64,000 nucleotides of DNA from a virus: the IMG/VR virus record IMGVR_UViG_3300020048_000029, positions 32,001 to 96,000 of that record; one strand, written 5' to 3'. The stretch's first letter is position 1, and every line of letters starts with the position of its first letter. Made by a program: the position numbers and the translations under genes. Shown piece after piece: positions 10,036 through 19,577 of this stretch. Under the pieces are notes generated by a model, which saw only the letters and a program-made list of their open reading frames with translations, searched no databases and was not told the DNA's origin.

Positions 10036-10562
10036 TTTAAGCCTAATTTCTTATTGAGTTCATTATTGTTAAGTGCAGGCAAGTACGGGTTTGGAGCGTC
10101 TTTGTCGCAGATTGATTTTACAACGTCAGATATTTCTGGCCACGCATCGATAAGAGATTTGTCAGTTTGGAAGGCGTTAAGTCTCGATCTTACTTCTTGC
10201 CTTGTTCTTATAATTTCTTGGTTAAGATTATCGATATGAAGAGTTATTGCTTCAAGCTCTTTTGTAAGAGCTTTGTTGCATCTTATTACAGTTACATTTC
10301 TTGGGAGCAAGAGGCCTTTTGAAACTGTAATTGTGAACCCTCTATTGCCATGCTCGTCTCTTATCTGAATGCCGCGGAGAACTGAGTACCACTTGTCACC
10401 GATAGCTTCAACAGCTTCGGTTTCACTTTTAGGATACACCGACTCGTAGACTTTTATCGCGAACTTATCTTTAATTCCATCGATAATCCGCTCGTTCTCT
10501 TCTACAATAGGACTCATTAACTTTTTCTGTATCAAGTCTTTTTTCACTTGAGAAATTTTCAT
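10032..10562 (-). CDS. Nmad5-like (nucleotide-modification-associated domain 5) protein
   Basis: Helical 176-aa protein with C-terminal LNAFQTDKSLIDAWPE, resembling the Nmad5 T.K.L..aWPE motif (recognised from memory). Confidence 0.45.
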   Translation of the reverse strand: MKISQVKKDLIQKKLMSPIVEENERIIDGIKDKFAIKVYESVYPKSETEAVEAIGDKWYSVLRGIQIRDEHGNRGFTITVSKGLLLPRNVTVIRCNKALTKELEAITLHIDNLNQEIIRTRQEVRSRLNAFQTDKSLIDAWPEISDVVKSICDKDAPNPYLPALNNNELNKKLGLK

Positions 10563-10907
10563 CTATTCAACCATTCTGTAGTATTCTACTCTTAAACCAA
10601 CAACTTCTTTTTCAACTTTTACAATTTGCCCACTTCGAAAGACTCTTGCGACTGAGTACAGCGTGTCATCGATTGCAACCAAGTCCCATTCAGGCAGATC
10701 GATTTTGCATGTGTGAATGAGCTTTGACTTTACACATCTTTCAAGTATTTCATCAGCTCTTTCCATCAGGTCTGTGTCCATGTGGGAACCAACAATTCTT
10801 ACGATGTAATCAACAGCGTCTTGAATTATTGGGATGCCTTTACTCTCGACTCTAAGCTCTAATCCTGAAGCGAATTTAACGTCATGGAATGATCTTAGTA
10901 TCTCCAT
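10563..10907 (-). CDS. Hypothetical protein
   Basis: 114 aa, GGAGG RBS. Confidence 0.65.
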   Translation of the reverse strand: MEILRSFHDVKFASGLELRVESKGIPIIQDAVDYIVRIVGSHMDTDLMERADEILERCVKSKLIHTCKIDLPEWDLVAIDDTLYSVARVFRSGQIVKVEKEVVGLRVEYYRMVE

Positions 10908-11169
10908 GGTACACCTCCAGATTGTCCTTATTGGAGAGGTTGATATAACTCTCGTCTACACACCCCATAGGCTTTCTTCCGCTTGAAACGAAAGATGCGT
11001 ATCTGAACGCGGAAAGGACATTGTAAATGTCAGTATCAAGCCTGGTGTTAACCTCTACATCCGACTTGATTATGTCATACTGCCCCATTTGGGCTCGCAT
11101 GTATATATCAAGAGCCTTCGCGACTATTGCCGATTGACCAGGAGTCATTTTTACTGTTATCAATTTCAT
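10882..11169 (-). CDS. Hypothetical protein
   Basis: 95-aa ORF in the operon. Confidence 0.6.
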   Translation of the reverse strand: MKLITVKMTPGQSAIVAKALDIYMRAQMGQYDIIKSDVEVNTRLDTDIYNVLSAFRYASFVSSGRKPMGCVDESYINLSNKDNLEVYHGDTKIIP

Positions 11170-11725
11170 ACTTTTCCATCTCCTTCTTTGTCTTCTTGAA
11201 CACCCTGCCCTTCTCTGAGACTATTGTGTAAACTCCACTAAGGATGCTTGTCACCTTGAACTTAGCTGTTTTACTCTTTACAATAGATCCTATAGGGAAC
11301 TCGTCGTATGGTATCACGACAAGCTTAACGGTACCGGTCTGCTGACCACCTTTGTCGAATTTGAAGTCGTACCACTTGCTCAAATTATCAACTTCAGGAT
11401 TTACCGAAGTCTCATAATCCCACCCGATAGATTCGCAGATGATCTTGAACTTCTCCTTCTCTTCCCCGAGTCTTCCTAACTCTGCCGCAGCCTCGAGCAG
11501 TAGCTGGGCAAACAGAACTTTAAACCAGTTATCCGCGAGTCTGTACCCAGGGATTATGTCTCTGCTGTGCTTTGAGAACTTCGTAGCTTTCGCATCACAT
11601 TCAACAAGTGAATCGAAGCTTCGGTACTTAAAAAAGTCCGCTGCCATATCGTATCCCATCTCATTACAAGCATACTGAATACTATGCTTTTTTAACATAG
11701 CAAGATATCCACTAACCTTCTTCAT
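11108..11725 (-). CDS. Hypothetical protein
   Basis: ATG at 11725 with AAGGAG RBS (track start 11764 lies inside the terminator hairpin). Confidence 0.65.
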   Translation of the reverse strand: MKKVSGYLAMLKKHSIQYACNEMGYDMAADFFKYRSFDSLVECDAKATKFSKHSRDIIPGYRLADNWFKVLFAQLLLEAAAELGRLGEEKEKFKIICESIGWDYETSVNPEVDNLSKWYDFKFDKGGQQTGTVKLVVIPYDEFPIGSIVKSKTAKFKVTSILSGVYTIVSEKGRVFKKTKKEMEKYEIDNSKNDSWSIGNSREGS

Positions 11726-11737
11726 GTTTCTCCTTTT

Positions 11738-11762
11738 AAAAAGCCCGGATTTTACACCGGGC
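11738..11762 (-). terminator. Intrinsic terminator, near-identical to the one at 38105-38126
   Basis: Minus strand GCCCGG-TGTAAAAT-CCGGGC followed by TTTTT. Confidence 0.7.
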
Positions 11763-11766
11763 AATA

Positions 11767-12351
11767 TTACAGTTCAGACGCAAACTCAGACAATGCAGTT
11801 AACTCTGCCGGAGTGAAAAAGTTTTTCATATCGATATACGACTTGTTGACAACTCTATAAAGATCAAGGTGCTTTATCGAGTCATTATCGTACCCGAACT
11901 CTGAGCAGAAGTCTTCGAATTTACCGGGATCCAAGTACTGTAAGCACGACACAATATCTCTAAGGCCTGGCGTCTTAGGCGGTATTCTGACCATCTCTCC
12001 AATCGCTGTACCCCAGTTTCTCAACCTCTTATTTGAGTCACAGAGCATATCTCCATTAAGCTTGAAGATCTTTCCGAAGTACCTGCTTTTTCTGAATTTC
12101 CCAGCATCAATAAGTCTTCTGATCGCTGAGCCATCGAAAAGATCAATCATCTTCATGTAGAACAAGCTACCATCATTAATACTTTGCCCAAATTCAATCG
12201 AGAAGGTCTTTGTGTTACCTCTCGTGAACCTTATGTGAAAAATATCTCGGAACGTTTCCTCTTCCCTCCTAAGAAAAGGGCTGCTTATGTCAATATTGAC
12301 ATCAGGCGGCATTGGAACTGTTTGGTCCATGTCTTTGCATTTCATCGACAA
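11767..12351 (-). CDS. Hypothetical phage protein
   Basis: 194 aa with C-terminal FEDFCSEFGYDNDS segment. Confidence 0.65.
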   Translation of the reverse strand: MSMKCKDMDQTVPMPPDVNIDISSPFLRREEETFRDIFHIRFTRGNTKTFSIEFGQSINDGSLFYMKMIDLFDGSAIRRLIDAGKFRKSRYFGKIFKLNGDMLCDSNKRLRNWGTAIGEMVRIPPKTPGLRDIVSCLQYLDPGKFEDFCSEFGYDNDSIKHLDLYRVVNKSYIDMKNFFTPAELTALSEFASEL

Positions 12352-12781
12352 CTTCCTTTACGAAACAAATTACTTGCCCACACTTATGCTTGTGGCCAGC
12401 CCAGTCGTCCCAGTCTCTTATATCGTTCGAGTAATACGATGCGAACCCGTCACAACTTGTGTACCGCTCTTTAATAAAAAAAGACCAAGCACTTTCGTGC
12501 TCGGCCAATATTTTATCAATAGCTTCTTCATCAAATCTTACCGTAACATAGATCTCATCTCCACAAACGCTATAATCCTTTGATCGGACTATCTTTTCGA
12601 GTCTAACTGATATCAGGCCAGGGATTGAAGCCTGGCTACAAGCTTCTACCGCCTGCCTTCTCGTTACCTGCAGCCCATAATCCCCTGGCAGCCAGGTTTT
12701 CAATACTGGACCAAGCATGTGACACCTCCATGTCGCTACAATCAACAACTGAACCATCTGGGCAAATGACCTTGTCTTCAC
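12302..12781 (-). CDS. Hypothetical protein (true start probably downstream of 12781)
   Basis: C-terminal ERYTSCDGFASYYSNDIRDW looks like real protein; the 5' part overlaps the next ORF. Confidence 0.5.
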   Translation of the reverse strand: MKTRSFAQMVQLLIVATWRCHMLGPVLKTWLPGDYGLQVTRRQAVEACSQASIPGLISVRLEKIVRSKDYSVCGDEIYVTVRFDEEAIDKILAEHESAWSFFIKERYTSCDGFASYYSNDIRDWDDWAGHKHKCGQVICFVKEVVDEMQRHGPNSSNAA

Positions 12782-12998
12782 CCTTTTTAGCTATGTACAT
12801 TCCTTTTCCAACTCTTAGAAGGTCGAGGAAGAACGAGAGTGATCCACCGAGTTCGGCACGCTTCTTTACCAGGTAAAGCCGCGCTTTGATGTTCGGGATT
12901 ATCGACATTATTTCGTCATGGTGCATTACCATGTCTGGGTACAAAAGGTAGTCTTTACCTGTGTAACCTTCAGGTCGCTTGATACGGGTTAGCTCCAT
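12636..12998 (-). CDS. Hypothetical protein
   Basis: 120 aa, GAGG RBS. Confidence 0.6.
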   Translation of the reverse strand: MELTRIKRPEGYTGKDYLLYPDMVMHHDEIMSIIPNIKARLYLVKKRAELGGSLSFFLDLLRVGKGMYIAKKGEDKVICPDGSVVDCSDMEVSHAWSSIENLAARGLWAAGNEKAGGRSL

Positions 12999-13264
12999 AT
13001 AATTTCCTCGTAGTCTTCCTCGATATGGGATTTTACCTTTCCATGAAGTGGAAGAGGGCTTGACTCTAATTCTTCAATACAATCTTCTTCTTCGACTATG
13101 ATTGCATTTGAGTGAATGACGATATTCATCGGAAGCCCATCTCTGTAGAACTTCTTTCCGAAAAGGAAACATTTTTTTGTTGTTGTAAATGCTCTCGTTC
13201 TTATCACTGCCTCATCAGTGTGAAGTACGGAGTTGACACCATTCATCGTTACAATAACATTCAT
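12989..13264 (-). CDS. Hypothetical protein
   Basis: 91 aa, GGAGG RBS. Confidence 0.65.
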   Translation of the reverse strand: MNVIVTMNGVNSVLHTDEAVIRTRAFTTTKKCFLFGKKFYRDGLPMNIVIHSNAIIVEEEDCIEELESSPLPLHGKVKSHIEEDYEEIIWS

Positions 13265-13316
13265 CTTAATCCTCCATGGATTTTTTTAATAGTTTAAAAA
13301 GTAGCCTTCATAATAG

Positions 13317-13847
13317 TTATTCCTGCATATTGCTTTCAATAACAGAAACCACATTTCTTGCAGAGTATGATAGATTGTTCAAAGTTCTCAAAAGCTCCTC
13401 ATTTTCCTTGAGGAGTCTTTCGTTTTCAGTCGTAAGCATTGCTATCGATTCCATGTAAATTGCATAGTCTTTATCGACCATCTTGATAGCATTCGCCGAT
13501 CTCTTTGTAAGGATTTCTTCGGCAGCGTCAGGGTTAAGGATTAGGCCTACGAATAGATCTCGCAATCCACCTGATGTGTCGATAGTAATCGAAAGGAACG
13601 GGAGTGTTATCATTCTGTAGTTAACTCCGTACACATTTGTGAAGACTCTGTTGTTGAACGCTATCTTCGGGATGAATTCAAAGAAGACCTTCTTACCCAA
13701 AGATAACCTCATTGAATAAGTGAATTTGCATACAAGTGTCAAGCACCTCAGAGTCCCAACTACAAGGGTCTTCGTAGTCATAATTTCCGTACAAGAAGAT
13801 TTGGTCTGTTTCCACCATCTCAATGAACTTTTCAACTGTTTTTGCAA
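13317..13847 (-). CDS. Hypothetical protein with C-terminal coiled coil (true start near 13712)
   Basis: The 3' part fills the gap between neighbours; ENERLLKENEELL heptads. Confidence 0.5.
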   Translation of the reverse strand: MQKQLKSSLRWWKQTKSSCTEIMTTKTLVVGTLRCLTLVCKFTYSMRLSLGKKVFFEFIPKIAFNNRVFTNVYGVNYRMITLPFLSITIDTSGGLRDLFVGLILNPDAAEEILTKRSANAIKMVDKDYAIYMESIAMLTTENERLLKENEELLRTLNNLSYSARNVVSVIESNMQE

Positions 13848-14028
13848 ACTCTTTAGCAGTAACTGTTGCGTCTACAATAACACCTTCCCGGTTTTCGTGA
13901 CGGAAATCGTAAGAGCCATTTTCGTAATCGTAACCAACGCACCGGATCCAATGGCTTGAATATTCCGGGTAGTTTTGCAAAACCTCAGTAGCAAGTGATA
14001 TGGTATCCATCTTCATCCACCTCATCAT
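13693..14028 (-). CDS. Hypothetical protein
   Basis: 111-aa acidic ORF in the operon. Confidence 0.6.
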   Translation of the reverse strand: MMRWMKMDTISLATEVLQNYPEYSSHWIRCVGYDYENGSYDFRHENREGVIVDATVTAKEFAKTVEKFIEMVETDQIFLYGNYDYEDPCSWDSEVLDTCMQIHLFNEVIFG

Positions 14029-14136
14029 TAAGTAAAAGTTTTTCGTAAATGTGCTCAGGTAAAATATCTTTCAACTGTGTCAAGCTGAAGTCACCACACG
14101 AGTCAGGACAATCATAGTCATCGTGCCATGTGTATG

Positions 14137-14505
14137 TCAGCCAACAATCCTTGTCAAACTCGCCCAACATACGTCCTCTATCTTTTCGTAGTACTTCTTA
14201 CCCTCGATACCGAAGTTCGGGTCAAACACTTTTATCTCGGAATCTCTAGCATCGATCGCGATACAATGAAGGCCTCCATGATTGTTCAATGAAGGAACAG
14301 TGGCAACGTACTTGTAGCCATAGTTAAGTTCATTGTATTCCTCTTGCTGACTGAAGAACCCAAGTTTGTCAAGAGCTTCAACTTCATCACGCTTGTTTGC
14401 CGGAGACGGGCAGATCTTTAGAACTGTCTCAATATCTTTACCGGTTACCATTGCAATGCTTGCTGCAACACATGATGAGTCACAGATTTGATTTACAAGT
14501 CTCAT
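14137..14505 (-). CDS. Peptidase C39-like (papain-fold) protein
   Basis: Q-x5-C (QICDSSCVAASIAM), H (LHCIAID) and D (VFDP) spaced as in C39-like peptidases. Confidence 0.6.
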   Translation of the reverse strand: MRLVNQICDSSCVAASIAMVTGKDIETVLKICPSPANKRDEVEALDKLGFFSQQEEYNELNYGYKYVATVPSLNNHGGLHCIAIDARDSEIKVFDPNFGIEGKKYYEKIEDVCWASLTRIVG

Positions 14506-14777
14506 ACTCTTTCCATCCAGTGATAAAGGTCGATAAAAAGCTGTCCTCTCTGCAATCCGGGAACACTTTTGCAGATGTTGAAGTCGTAATCCTCATCTAC
14601 AATAAAGCTAGAGCATAGCGTCTCTATCTTGTTTGAGCCTTCTCTTTTTACAACAAGGAATGGAGCAGTTTTAACATCTCCTGCTATCCCAACAATAGTC
14701 AGACCATCACTTGTAACCGCACCTCTGAATGCATCCATGACCCCAACTGATTGAGGGCAGATATCAATCTTAACCAT
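14502..14777 (-). CDS. Hypothetical protein
   Basis: 91-aa ORF with 4-nt overlap to the next gene. Confidence 0.6.
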   Translation of the reverse strand: MVKIDICPQSVGVMDAFRGAVTSDGLTIVGIAGDVKTAPFLVVKREGSNKIETLCSSFIVDEDYDFNICKSVPGLQRGQLFIDLYHWMERV

Positions 14778-14930
14778 TCACTTCCTCTACTTTCGCTCCG
14801 TTTTTATTTAGGCACACAGCATTCGCTGATTCAACATCATCAAACCTGTGTGCCTCGCCTTTGTTCAAAGTTACAACTGTAAAATTTCTTTCGCTTGTTA
14901 CATAATAAGGGCCGATGCTTACAATGTGCT

Positions 14931-15416
14931 TCATTCAAGCCACCTTTTTACAAATCCATTAGAAGTCTTTTTAACGTGCTTTCCGCAGAATGGACAGAAC
15001 GAAATAGGAACTGTTTCAATAGAATCCTGTTGAGATCCATCGAACAAAGTTCCTTCCAATGTAACAGTTGACAAGAACCCGAGTTTTTCAAATTCATCGC
15101 AAGAACAGTATTCTGTTCTGTGAATCTCTTTACCGCAATCAGGACAGAATTTCCACTGTTTATCACTATGTCCATGACTTGTGCATTTGAAAGCTTTTAT
15201 GTTGTTGGCTTCGATCTCACTGTCACTAACGCCGTCTTCAATGTACTTGTAAATAAGGCCTCTTTCGTCTATGAACATATCTGACGAAGCTATTTTAATC
15301 TTAGTTCCGTCAGAAGTCTTGTATCCAGACTTAAGAACACAAGCTATCCTTACCTTGCACACTGGGAGGTCTTTTGACATCAGATATATAACGCTTCCAA
15401 CTTTTAGTTCCATCAC
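14931..15416 (-). CDS. Zinc-ribbon protein
   Basis: FCPDCG and FCPFCG knuckles plus further Cys/His. Confidence 0.6.
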   Translation of the reverse strand: MMELKVGSVIYLMSKDLPVCKVRIACVLKSGYKTSDGTKIKIASSDMFIDERGLIYKYIEDGVSDSEIEANNIKAFKCTSHGHSDKQWKFCPDCGKEIHRTEYCSCDEFEKLGFLSTVTLEGTLFDGSQQDSIETVPISFCPFCGKHVKKTSNGFVKRWLE

Positions 15417-15475
15417 TAACCTCGTATCTCTTTCTTAATCTTTTGTCTCTTATTACGAATACTTCGTGAGACATT

Positions 15476-15655
15476 TTAACTGCGTTTTCGCTTAACATTC
15501 TTCCTTCTCAACACCCAATACTTTACTGTTAAATCGTTTGGCGCTTTGTATACCTATGGAATTGCACCACTCAGAAAAAACTCGCCCTTTTTTGGTAGCC
15601 CGAAGCGATCCACAACATACTCAATACCTTTGGCGTCTTTGTACGTCTTATACAT
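15476..15655 (-). pseudogene. Small ORF interrupted by a single TAG (15554-15556)
   Basis: MYKTY...LPKKGEFFLSGAIP*VYKAPNDLTVKYWVLR...; the reading frame stays open on both sides and fills the gap between genes. Confidence 0.35.
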
Positions 15656-15884
15656 GCTCAAGCTCTCCAGGGTAAATAGTTCCGATGGTATCAACAAGCA
15701 CCATCATACCTCTTACATCTACAACAGTGCCTTCTGTGTCACTGTTTCTGCAAAGTACTTTATCACCAACTTTAAATGTTGTAAAAATTGCATGTTTATC
15801 GATAGTGTCTCTTATCAATCTCTCTGCAAATTCTACGGAGTTGGCCTTCATATAAACAACAGTGACGCTATCTAAAACTGCCAT
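15648..15884 (-). CDS. Hypothetical protein, possible SH3/KOW-like C-terminus
   Basis: FKVGDKV...GTVVDV pattern. Confidence 0.55.
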   Translation of the reverse strand: MAVLDSVTVVYMKANSVEFAERLIRDTIDKHAIFTTFKVGDKVLCRNSDTEGTVVDVRGMMVLVDTIGTIYPGELEHV

Positions 15885-16276
15885 TTGTTCACATCTCTTT
15901 CCATCATAGATTTAATGTTGTGCTTAGTGTAATACGGAGTAGAACACTCCTTCTCAAGAGCCATGTGAATAGCCGCGGTTATCGAGTGGCCGATAGCCTT
16001 TGGCCTTTCACCTACCCATGAGTCTCCGTCAAACACGACTTCGAGAGTAAAGTCGCTTTCCAACCTGTAGACAACCACTTTGTACCCGTCACTTGCTGTA
16101 ACATGGAACCCAGGGTTGAAAGGAAGAAGAGCGTGCCTACCATTAACACTATCGAACACAGAAATGGCAGGCAGCGCGAAGCCGCCTCCATTCGATATTA
16201 TGATTGCCTGGCCATTGCCACCAAATTCATAAGCGGCAGACCCGCCATTATGAGTTTGGATTATCTCTAAGCGCAT
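15872..16276 (-). CDS. Hypothetical protein
   Basis: 134-aa ORF in the operon. Confidence 0.6.
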   Translation of the reverse strand: MRLEIIQTHNGGSAAYEFGGNGQAIIISNGGGFALPAISVFDSVNGRHALLPFNPGFHVTASDGYKVVVYRLESDFTLEVVFDGDSWVGERPKAIGHSITAAIHMALEKECSTPYYTKHNIKSMMERDVNKWQF

Positions 16277-16940
16277 TTATGATAGACCTTCCCAGCCCTT
16301 CGACCATTTCAATGTCTTTAAAAGGAGGCAAGAGACTTGCGCCGGCACCTCCAGGAAGAGTAAGGAAATTTTCACACACTCTTGGACCAATTGACGACGT
16401 TATCATACATTTTGCAATGTAACCAGCGCTCTCAACCGGTGAAATCCCGTACTCCATAACCATGCTGTTAAGGAACTCTTCAATTACAGCTTCAATCGAC
16501 TCGACTGCTTCATCATAGTTAGTGGAAGGGCCTTCTGGTTTAGTCTTAGACACAAAATCGAGCAGCTTCTCGTTAATGAACTTCTGATCTCTGTATCTTG
16601 TTATCTTCTTCCCAATCTCTGTATTAACCGGGAAGTTAGAATCCTTGCTTGACATAAGATCAGTAAGCATAGTATGGTTATCAGAAGCTATGTAAGATGC
16701 CATTCTAACGAGCTCGATTGGTCTAACGCTGCCTAATTGTGGAATCTCTGATGCTATGAATAACATCGCAGCACACTCATCAGACATAGCTTCTACATTC
16801 CAGTCAACTATCGCGTTGGCGTTTCTTCCATCGAGCAACATCATTTCACAGACATACTCAGTCTGGTCGATCATTAGTGCATTAGCAATAGCAGCTCTAA
16901 CGCTAAGATCTTCTTTAAGTTTTCCAATAAACTCTTTCAT
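16248..16940 (-). CDS. Hypothetical protein
   Basis: 230 aa, GGAGG RBS, overlaps the helicase stop. Confidence 0.7.
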   Translation of the reverse strand: MKEFIGKLKEDLSVRAAIANALMIDQTEYVCEMMLLDGRNANAIVDWNVEAMSDECAAMLFIASEIPQLGSVRPIELVRMASYIASDNHTMLTDLMSSKDSNFPVNTEIGKKITRYRDQKFINEKLLDFVSKTKPEGPSTNYDEAVESIEAVIEEFLNSMVMEYGISPVESAGYIAKCMITSSIGPRVCENFLTLPGGAGASLLPPFKDIEMVEGLGRSIINALRDNPNS

Positions 16941-19186
16941 ACCAAACCCTCCATAAAATACTTGAGATTAAATTTTTTAATAAACTCAGGATCCTTGCTC
17001 TTCTTAATCAAATCAATGAGCTTGACATCCTGTATAATTGTAAGACCACTATCATCATCTGACCGCATCACACGACCGTACATCTGAATCACATTCATCC
17101 AGATTATCCTGTCAAGGAATGTTGGATCATTCGATAGACGCTTCTTCACATACGGATCGCCCATATAAGGTATCGGGCTTTTAACTATGATCTGGGCTCT
17201 CGCGCGATCGCCTTTGAAGTCAACTCCCTCGGTAAGAGACGGAGAGAATATCACAACACCTTTACCGAGCGACTGGTTCAGAGCAGCCTCTTTTGTAAAA
17301 GGCTTTATGAACTGCTTAGTCGGGCCATTTCTCAATGGAGAGTTGTCGTTCAAGTGGAAGACAAATTTACCTGGAACATAGTTAGGTAAATTCTCCGCGA
17401 GCAGCTTCACGATTTTAAAACTATTGCAGTGAACAAGCACGTTGCCATGTGTCATAGCTTCGTCAATGTTTCCGGCAGTAATTTCTGCGAACTTTTTACA
17501 GTTCGACTCGTAAAGATACCTTCCATTCTGGCCCTTCCTTGACATGTCAAACGTCTTGTCCGCGGCTTTGATCGGTCGCTTTGCCTTGTCGAATGTAGAT
17601 TCGATTTTGACAACACCAATCTTCTCGCGGCTATCATCTCCGTAGAGTACGCCGATCTCTCTCAAAGTGCTCTCCCACCCAATCCAAGTACCAGTGCTTA
17701 ACACAATGATCTTTGAGCTCGAGTAGAAGAACTTGTTCATCAGCTTCCCAATATTGTAAGGAGTAAACCTAATACAATCCACCAGGTCACCACGCTTACC
17801 GCTAAGATAATTGAGTCTGAGCTCTTCATACTTTGCTTTGTTATGGCTGACAATGTAATCCCCTTTGTCTGAGTAATTGAAAATCGTTTTGCTCATCGAT
17901 TCAAACACTTCGTTAATGTGAGGAAGGTTGTCCATCTCAACATGGTGAAGCATTTTAGAAATCTCTTTTCTATGAATAGGTTCGACACCATCGAAGAACG
18001 CTTTACTGAACATGTTCGGGCTACCGTTCAAATGATCCTCGATATACTCTCTTGGCATTTTCCCGTTAAGAGTTCCCGCAAGCTTTGCATCGCCAGAAAG
18101 CAGGTTCATCAGAAGAGACCCTTGATCTTTTGCTGTGAACAGCTTGTACATTGCTGCCTCAGCCATTCTCGATGTCACCTTGTAAAGCTCTGTTGCAAGC
18201 TCAGGATGGATTGACCCATGGAAAACATCTACACCAAGCTTTTCAGTGAACTCCTTGTAAGGAACGTCAACTGTGAAGATTCTATGAATCACGTCAGTTA
18301 TCTTATGAGCTTCGTCATAAACGAGAATCTCATGATTTCTTACCTCATCATACACCTTTCCAAGAAGCAGCATGACATCAGGATTCATCACCTTCACATT
18401 AGAGTTTCTCAGGATCGCACGATGAGATTTGATAGGACATTCGCACTCAGAGTGAGAGCACCCAATCTCGGCGTAAAGATCGTTGTCACCTGACAATATC
18501 TCCTTGAAAATGTCTGGCCGCTCTTTAATGAGCTTGTCCGAGAATCCGCTCACTTTTTCAAGCTCGACCGGATTGAACCCATACTTCTTGATAACACCTT
18601 TTATGATGTTCTCAAGCTCTTTCGAATCGCCCACTGTTTTCGTCGTGTCATCGTTTCTACACATTTGAATATCGTACCCATCATACCCGCAAGAGATATC
18701 AGGACGACCAAGACTCTTCGCGTGATTACATGTATAGGCATTTCTGCCTTTAATGTTGTGGAGAGTTGGCCACTCCTCACGCATTAACTGGTCTTGTAGC
18801 TGTTTGAATGGGGTGATATAAGCACCGCCGCCAAACGTTTTGAGAAGAGCGTAGTTAATAGCTGACTTACCTGATCCTACAGGGCCATCTATAATGATGA
18901 ACTTCTTACCTTTGTAAACAAGGTCGATCGCCTCATTAATAGCCTTTACCTGGTTCGGTCTAGGAGTGTGCTTAGGGAAACTCTTTAGAGCAAGCTCCTT
19001 TGCTTCTTCTATAGGGATTCTTTCCTGCTCATCCTTTACCTGCCTTTTGCTTTCGATAAACTTCTGAAAAGCATTTTTTTGGCCTTCTTCTTTTGACACT
19101 ATTACCCTCAATCCTGGTCTTTCAGACCCGTAAATTTTGTAAACCTTATCATTGTTGTTGTTCCAATAAACTTCAAAAAAGAACAT
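16937..19186 (-). CDS. DinG/Rad3-like SF2 helicase
   Basis: Q motif PRPNQ; GPVGSGKS; KGRNAYTC with Cys cluster; DEAH; STGT; EGVDF; QMYGRVMRS. ATG at 19186 preferred over the track start at 19237. Confidence 0.85.
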   Translation of the reverse strand: MFFFEVYWNNNNDKVYKIYGSERPGLRVIVSKEEGQKNAFQKFIESKRQVKDEQERIPIEEAKELALKSFPKHTPRPNQVKAINEAIDLVYKGKKFIIIDGPVGSGKSAINYALLKTFGGGAYITPFKQLQDQLMREEWPTLHNIKGRNAYTCNHAKSLGRPDISCGYDGYDIQMCRNDDTTKTVGDSKELENIIKGVIKKYGFNPVELEKVSGFSDKLIKERPDIFKEILSGDNDLYAEIGCSHSECECPIKSHRAILRNSNVKVMNPDVMLLLGKVYDEVRNHEILVYDEAHKITDVIHRIFTVDVPYKEFTEKLGVDVFHGSIHPELATELYKVTSRMAEAAMYKLFTAKDQGSLLMNLLSGDAKLAGTLNGKMPREYIEDHLNGSPNMFSKAFFDGVEPIHRKEISKMLHHVEMDNLPHINEVFESMSKTIFNYSDKGDYIVSHNKAKYEELRLNYLSGKRGDLVDCIRFTPYNIGKLMNKFFYSSSKIIVLSTGTWIGWESTLREIGVLYGDDSREKIGVVKIESTFDKAKRPIKAADKTFDMSRKGQNGRYLYESNCKKFAEITAGNIDEAMTHGNVLVHCNSFKIVKLLAENLPNYVPGKFVFHLNDNSPLRNGPTKQFIKPFTKEAALNQSLGKGVVIFSPSLTEGVDFKGDRARAQIIVKSPIPYMGDPYVKKRLSNDPTFLDRIIWMNVIQMYGRVMRSDDDSGLTIIQDVKLIDLIKKSKDPEFIKKFNLKYFMEGLV

Positions 19187-19216
19187 GTGTGACCTAATGT
19201 AACTATTGTACAATTG

Positions 19217-19267
19217 AAAGTGTGATTGTAATATCACGCAAATTGAGTGATATTACCGTCACACTTT
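19217..19267. repeat. Long imperfect inverted repeat
   Basis: AAAGTGTGA-TT-GTAATATCAC-(9 nt)-GTGATATTAC-CG-TCACACTTT. Confidence 0.85.
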
Positions 19268-19295
19268 TTAAGTATACCAAAATAGTGTCGGTTAT

Positions 19296-19409
19296 AAAAA
19301 GTACTGTACAGGTAAAAATTGGGTATACTGTACAATACTGTACAAGCAAAAATAAATGACCGAAAACGGGGTTTTTCAAAAATAGGAAAAACGCAAAAAG
19401 TACTGTACA
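19296..19409. repeat. Iteron-like direct repeats TACTGTACA x4
   Basis: Copies at 19302, 19326, 19336 and 19401; the first and last extend to AAAAAGTACTGTACA; variant TACTGTATA at 19630. Confidence 0.8.
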
Positions 19410-19523
19410 TTTGTATAGAAAAATCTTTTTTGGCCATTTTTTCAATAAAATCGAGAAAATGGACACCGAGAAGGTTAAGTGTTTTAATAGAAAAAAGTCG
19501 TTTTCAAATCACAAAACAGCACC

Positions 19524-19536
19524 TAAGTCGTTGATT
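19524..19536 (-). promoter_or_regulatory. IHF-binding consensus
   Basis: Minus strand AATCAACGACTTA matches WATCAANNNNTTR. Confidence 0.55.
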
Positions 19537-19543
19537 ATTTTTT

Positions 19544-19559
19544 TGGCATGGATTTTGCT
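19544..19559 (+). promoter_or_regulatory. Sigma54-type -24/-12 promoter
   Basis: TGGCATGGATTTTGCT with exact GG-N10-GC spacing and TGGCA/TTGC cores. Confidence 0.55.
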
Positions 19560-19577
19560 ATAGACATCATAAGAAGT

